This document shows positions 22,291 through 24,000 of a DNA stretch of 24,000 nucleotides, one piece after another (position 1 is the first letter of the stretch; each line of letters begins with the position of its first letter). The notes under the pieces were generated by a model. It was not told the origin of the DNA. It saw nothing but the letters and a program-made list of their open reading frames with translations, and did no database searches. Where the stretch lies: assembly GCF_001612825.1 (NCBI RefSeq), contig NZ_BDBE01000022.1, positions 19,906 through 43,905 of the forward strand. The letters run 5' to 3'. The position numbers were made by a program, and so were the translations under genes. The stretch is from Nocardia caishijiensis NBRC 108228 (GTDB taxonomy: Bacteria > Actinomycetota > Actinomycetes > Mycobacteriales > Mycobacteriaceae).

Positions 22291-24000
22291 GGCCGACCAG
22301 TTCGGCCACATCCGCGTCCGCACCACCAGCCACTGCCTCGGCGAAGCCCGCTTCGCCGAGGCTTCGGCGTGCCTGCTCCTCGATACGGGCCACGTCGGGC
22401 AGCGACACGTCGGGCACGCCTCGGGTGGCGGTGGCGGCACCGAGCAGTCGGGCGGCCTGTTCGGGCTGTCCGGCACGCAACGCCAGATCCGCGATGCCGA
22501 CGACGATCTGGGCGAGCAACGCGGCGTGACCGGCCGCCGACGCCGCCTGGAAGGCCGCCCGGTGACTGGCCCGGGCCTCGTCGAGGTCGGCGGCGAGGTA
22601 GCCGCGCAGGTCGTGGGCCATCGCGCTGACCACGGGCTGGTCGGCCTCGTCACCGAGCAGCTTGCGGGCCAGCTCCATCTGCTGCTGCGCCGCCGCGGAT
22701 TCGCCACTCCACCTGGCCAATTCGGCGCGGATGAGCGCGACCTCGGCCAGCGACGTCGGCCAGCCGGTGCGGTCCGCGCACTCCTGCGCGTCGGCCAGCG
22801 CCGCCTCGCTCGCCTCGGTGTCGCCGAGCAACCAGTACAGCTGGGCCTGTCGACCGCGCACCCGCACCACGGCCTCGAGCGTGCCGACCTCGGTGACCAC
22901 CGCGACCGCTTCCTCGAAAAGGGCGCACGCGGCGTCGAATTCGCCGCGCAGGGCGGTGCGGTTGGCCAACTCGGTGAGCGCGAACGACATGCCCCAGCGC
23001 TCACCGATCGCGCGGAATTCGGCGAGTGCCTGTTCGAGGAGTTCGTCGGCCGCCCGACCCGGATGACCGAGCACGGTGCGCAGCTTGCCCAGTTGTAGCC
23101 GGGCCAGGGCGCGCACCCACGGGTCGTCGTCGGCGAGCAGCGATTCGAACGCGGGCAGGTAGTGCTCGGGACCGGCCAGGATGCGCTCGAGCGCCCCGGT
23201 GAACCGCAGCGCGGGATGGCCGCCCCTGATGTCGCGGCCGTACCGGTTGGCCTTGCGGATCCATTCGCCGACCTCGTGTTCACCGCTGCGACCGCCGCTG
23301 AGGAAGTGCACGACAAGGGCGCACACGGTCGCTCGCGTCTCGTCGTCCACCTCCCCGGGCAGTTCGGCGGCGGCGAGGACGAAGTCGGTGCCCTCGCCCT
23401 TGTGACCGGCCAGCCACCAGTACCAGCCCGCCGCGGCGGCCAAGCGCATCGCGGCGTCGGAGTCCGCCGAGGCGAGGGCGGTGCGCATGGCGACCGCGAG
23501 GTTGTCGTGGTCGGCCTCGAGCACGGCGAGCCAGTCGAGCTGCTCGGCACGGCGCAGATGCGGTTCGGCCGCGGCGGCCAGGGCTGTGAAGTGTGAGATG
23601 TGCGCTCGCCGTGCGGATTCGGTGTCGCCCGCCGCGTCGAGGCGTTCGGCGGCGTACTGCTTGATGGTCTCGAGCATGCGGTACCGGGGCTGCGGATTCT
23701 CCGACACGGTGAGCAACGACTTCTCGGTGAGTGTCGTGAGGTGTTCGAGGACCTCCCAGTCCTCGACCGTCGCACTCGCGCAAACCTTTTCGGCCGCCTC
23801 GAGGCTCGCGCCGCCGGAGAACACCGAGAGCCTGCGCAGTACCGTCTTCTCGGCGTCCGACAGCAGTTCCCAACTCCAGTCGACGACCGCGCGCAACGTG
23901 CGGTGCTGTGCGATCGCGGTGCGGCTGCCACCGGTGAGCAGGCGGAACCGGTCATCGAGGCGATGGGCGAGCTGCTCGAGCGACATGGTGCGCAACCTGG
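22274..24000 (-). CDS. STAND (NB-ARC-type) ATPase / TPR transcriptional regulator, C-terminal part only (AfsR/SARP-like or LuxR-like large regulator)
   Basis: The frame is open to the window edge, so the listed TTG at 23995 is internal. RTLRAVVDWSWELLSDAEKTVLRRLSVFSGGASLEAAEKV is the winged-helix segment typical of NB-ARC/STAND regulators, followed by about 450 aa of TPR-like Ala/Leu-rich repeats. The N-terminal effector/DNA-binding domain lies outside the window. Confidence 0.8.
   Translation of the reverse strand, partial: RLRTMSLEQLAHRLDDRFRLLTGGSRTAIAQHRTLRAVVDWSWELLSDAEKTVLRRLSVFSGGASLEAAEKVCASATVEDWEVLEHLTTLTEKSLLTVSENPQPRYRMLETIKQYAAERLDAAGDTESARRAHISHFTALAAAAEPHLRRAEQLDWLAVLEADHDNLAVAMRTALASADSDAAMRLAAAAGWYWWLAGHKGEGTDFVLAAAELPGEVDDETRATVCALVVHFLSGGRSGEHEVGEWIRKANRYGRDIRGGHPALRFTGALERILAGPEHYLPAFESLLADDDPWVRALARLQLGKLRTVLGHPGRAADELLEQALAEFRAIGERWGMSFALTELANRTALRGEFDAACALFEEAVAVVTEVGTLEAVVRVRGRQAQLYWLLGDTEASEAALADAQECADRTGWPTSLAEVALIRAELARWSGESAAAQQQMELARKLLGDEADQPVVSAMAHDLRGYLAADLDEARASHRAAFQAASAAGHAALLAQIVVGIADLALRAGQPEQAARLLGAATATRGVPDVSLPDVARIEEQARRSLGEAGFAEAVAGGADADVAELVGLTLAC

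Noticed and set aside
19260-24000. Integrated prophage or genomic island at tRNA-Ala.
   Set aside because: There is no integrase, recombinase, phage or transposase gene. I found no direct repeat of the tRNA 3-prime end by eye, and G+C and GC3 match the rest of the window. I kept it only as a synteny-break observation.
1-24000. CRISPR arrays, IS elements or terminal inverted repeats, rRNA genes.
   Set aside because: Reading through the window I saw no regularly spaced identical repeats of 24-40 bp, no transposase-like ORFs and no rRNA-like segments.

Overview
This is a high-G+C chromosomal segment from a mycolate actinobacterium (order Mycobacteriales). The paired MspA-type porin genes make it look Nocardia- or Rhodococcus-like. 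As I recall the M. tuberculosis map, the backbone is syntenic with Rv0981-Rv0996.

Gene order, left to right:
- A complete conservon (cvnA-B-C-D, minus strand), followed by a translationally coupled membrane-protein gene that runs off the left edge.
- mprA-mprB-pepD-moaB2, with recognisable MprA boxes upstream of mprA and pepD, then a small ORF.
- A visibly AT-richer leader of about 500 bp.
- Four tandem MspA-family porin genes arranged as two A/B pairs.
- A minus-strand block: SAF-domain gene, FmdB zinc ribbon, 5-formyl-THF cyclo-ligase.
- galU, then moeA (Glp-like), rimJ and a GlpR/SepX-like membrane protein.
- tRNA-Ala(CGC) with a clean terminator.
- A non-syntenic block: SUKH-like protein, GtrA-like protein, DrrAB-like ABC exporter, and the C-terminal part of a STAND/TPR regulator that runs off the right edge.

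I saw no CRISPR array, IS element, integrase or rRNA.

The items most worth a second look:
1. A mirror-symmetric, 11-bp-phased GCTGAC/GTCAGC hexamer array in the gtrA/drrA divergent promoter region.
2. The duplicated A/B porin cassette. The stem hairpin of the A paralogues is nucleotide-identical, while the hairpin tip of the B paralogues is hypervariable. Every copy also carries a conserved Cys pair.
3. The long AT-rich leader upstream of the porins.
4. The fifth gene of the conservon.

Many long ORFs in the supplied track are antisense or off-frame artefacts of high G+C and were not called.
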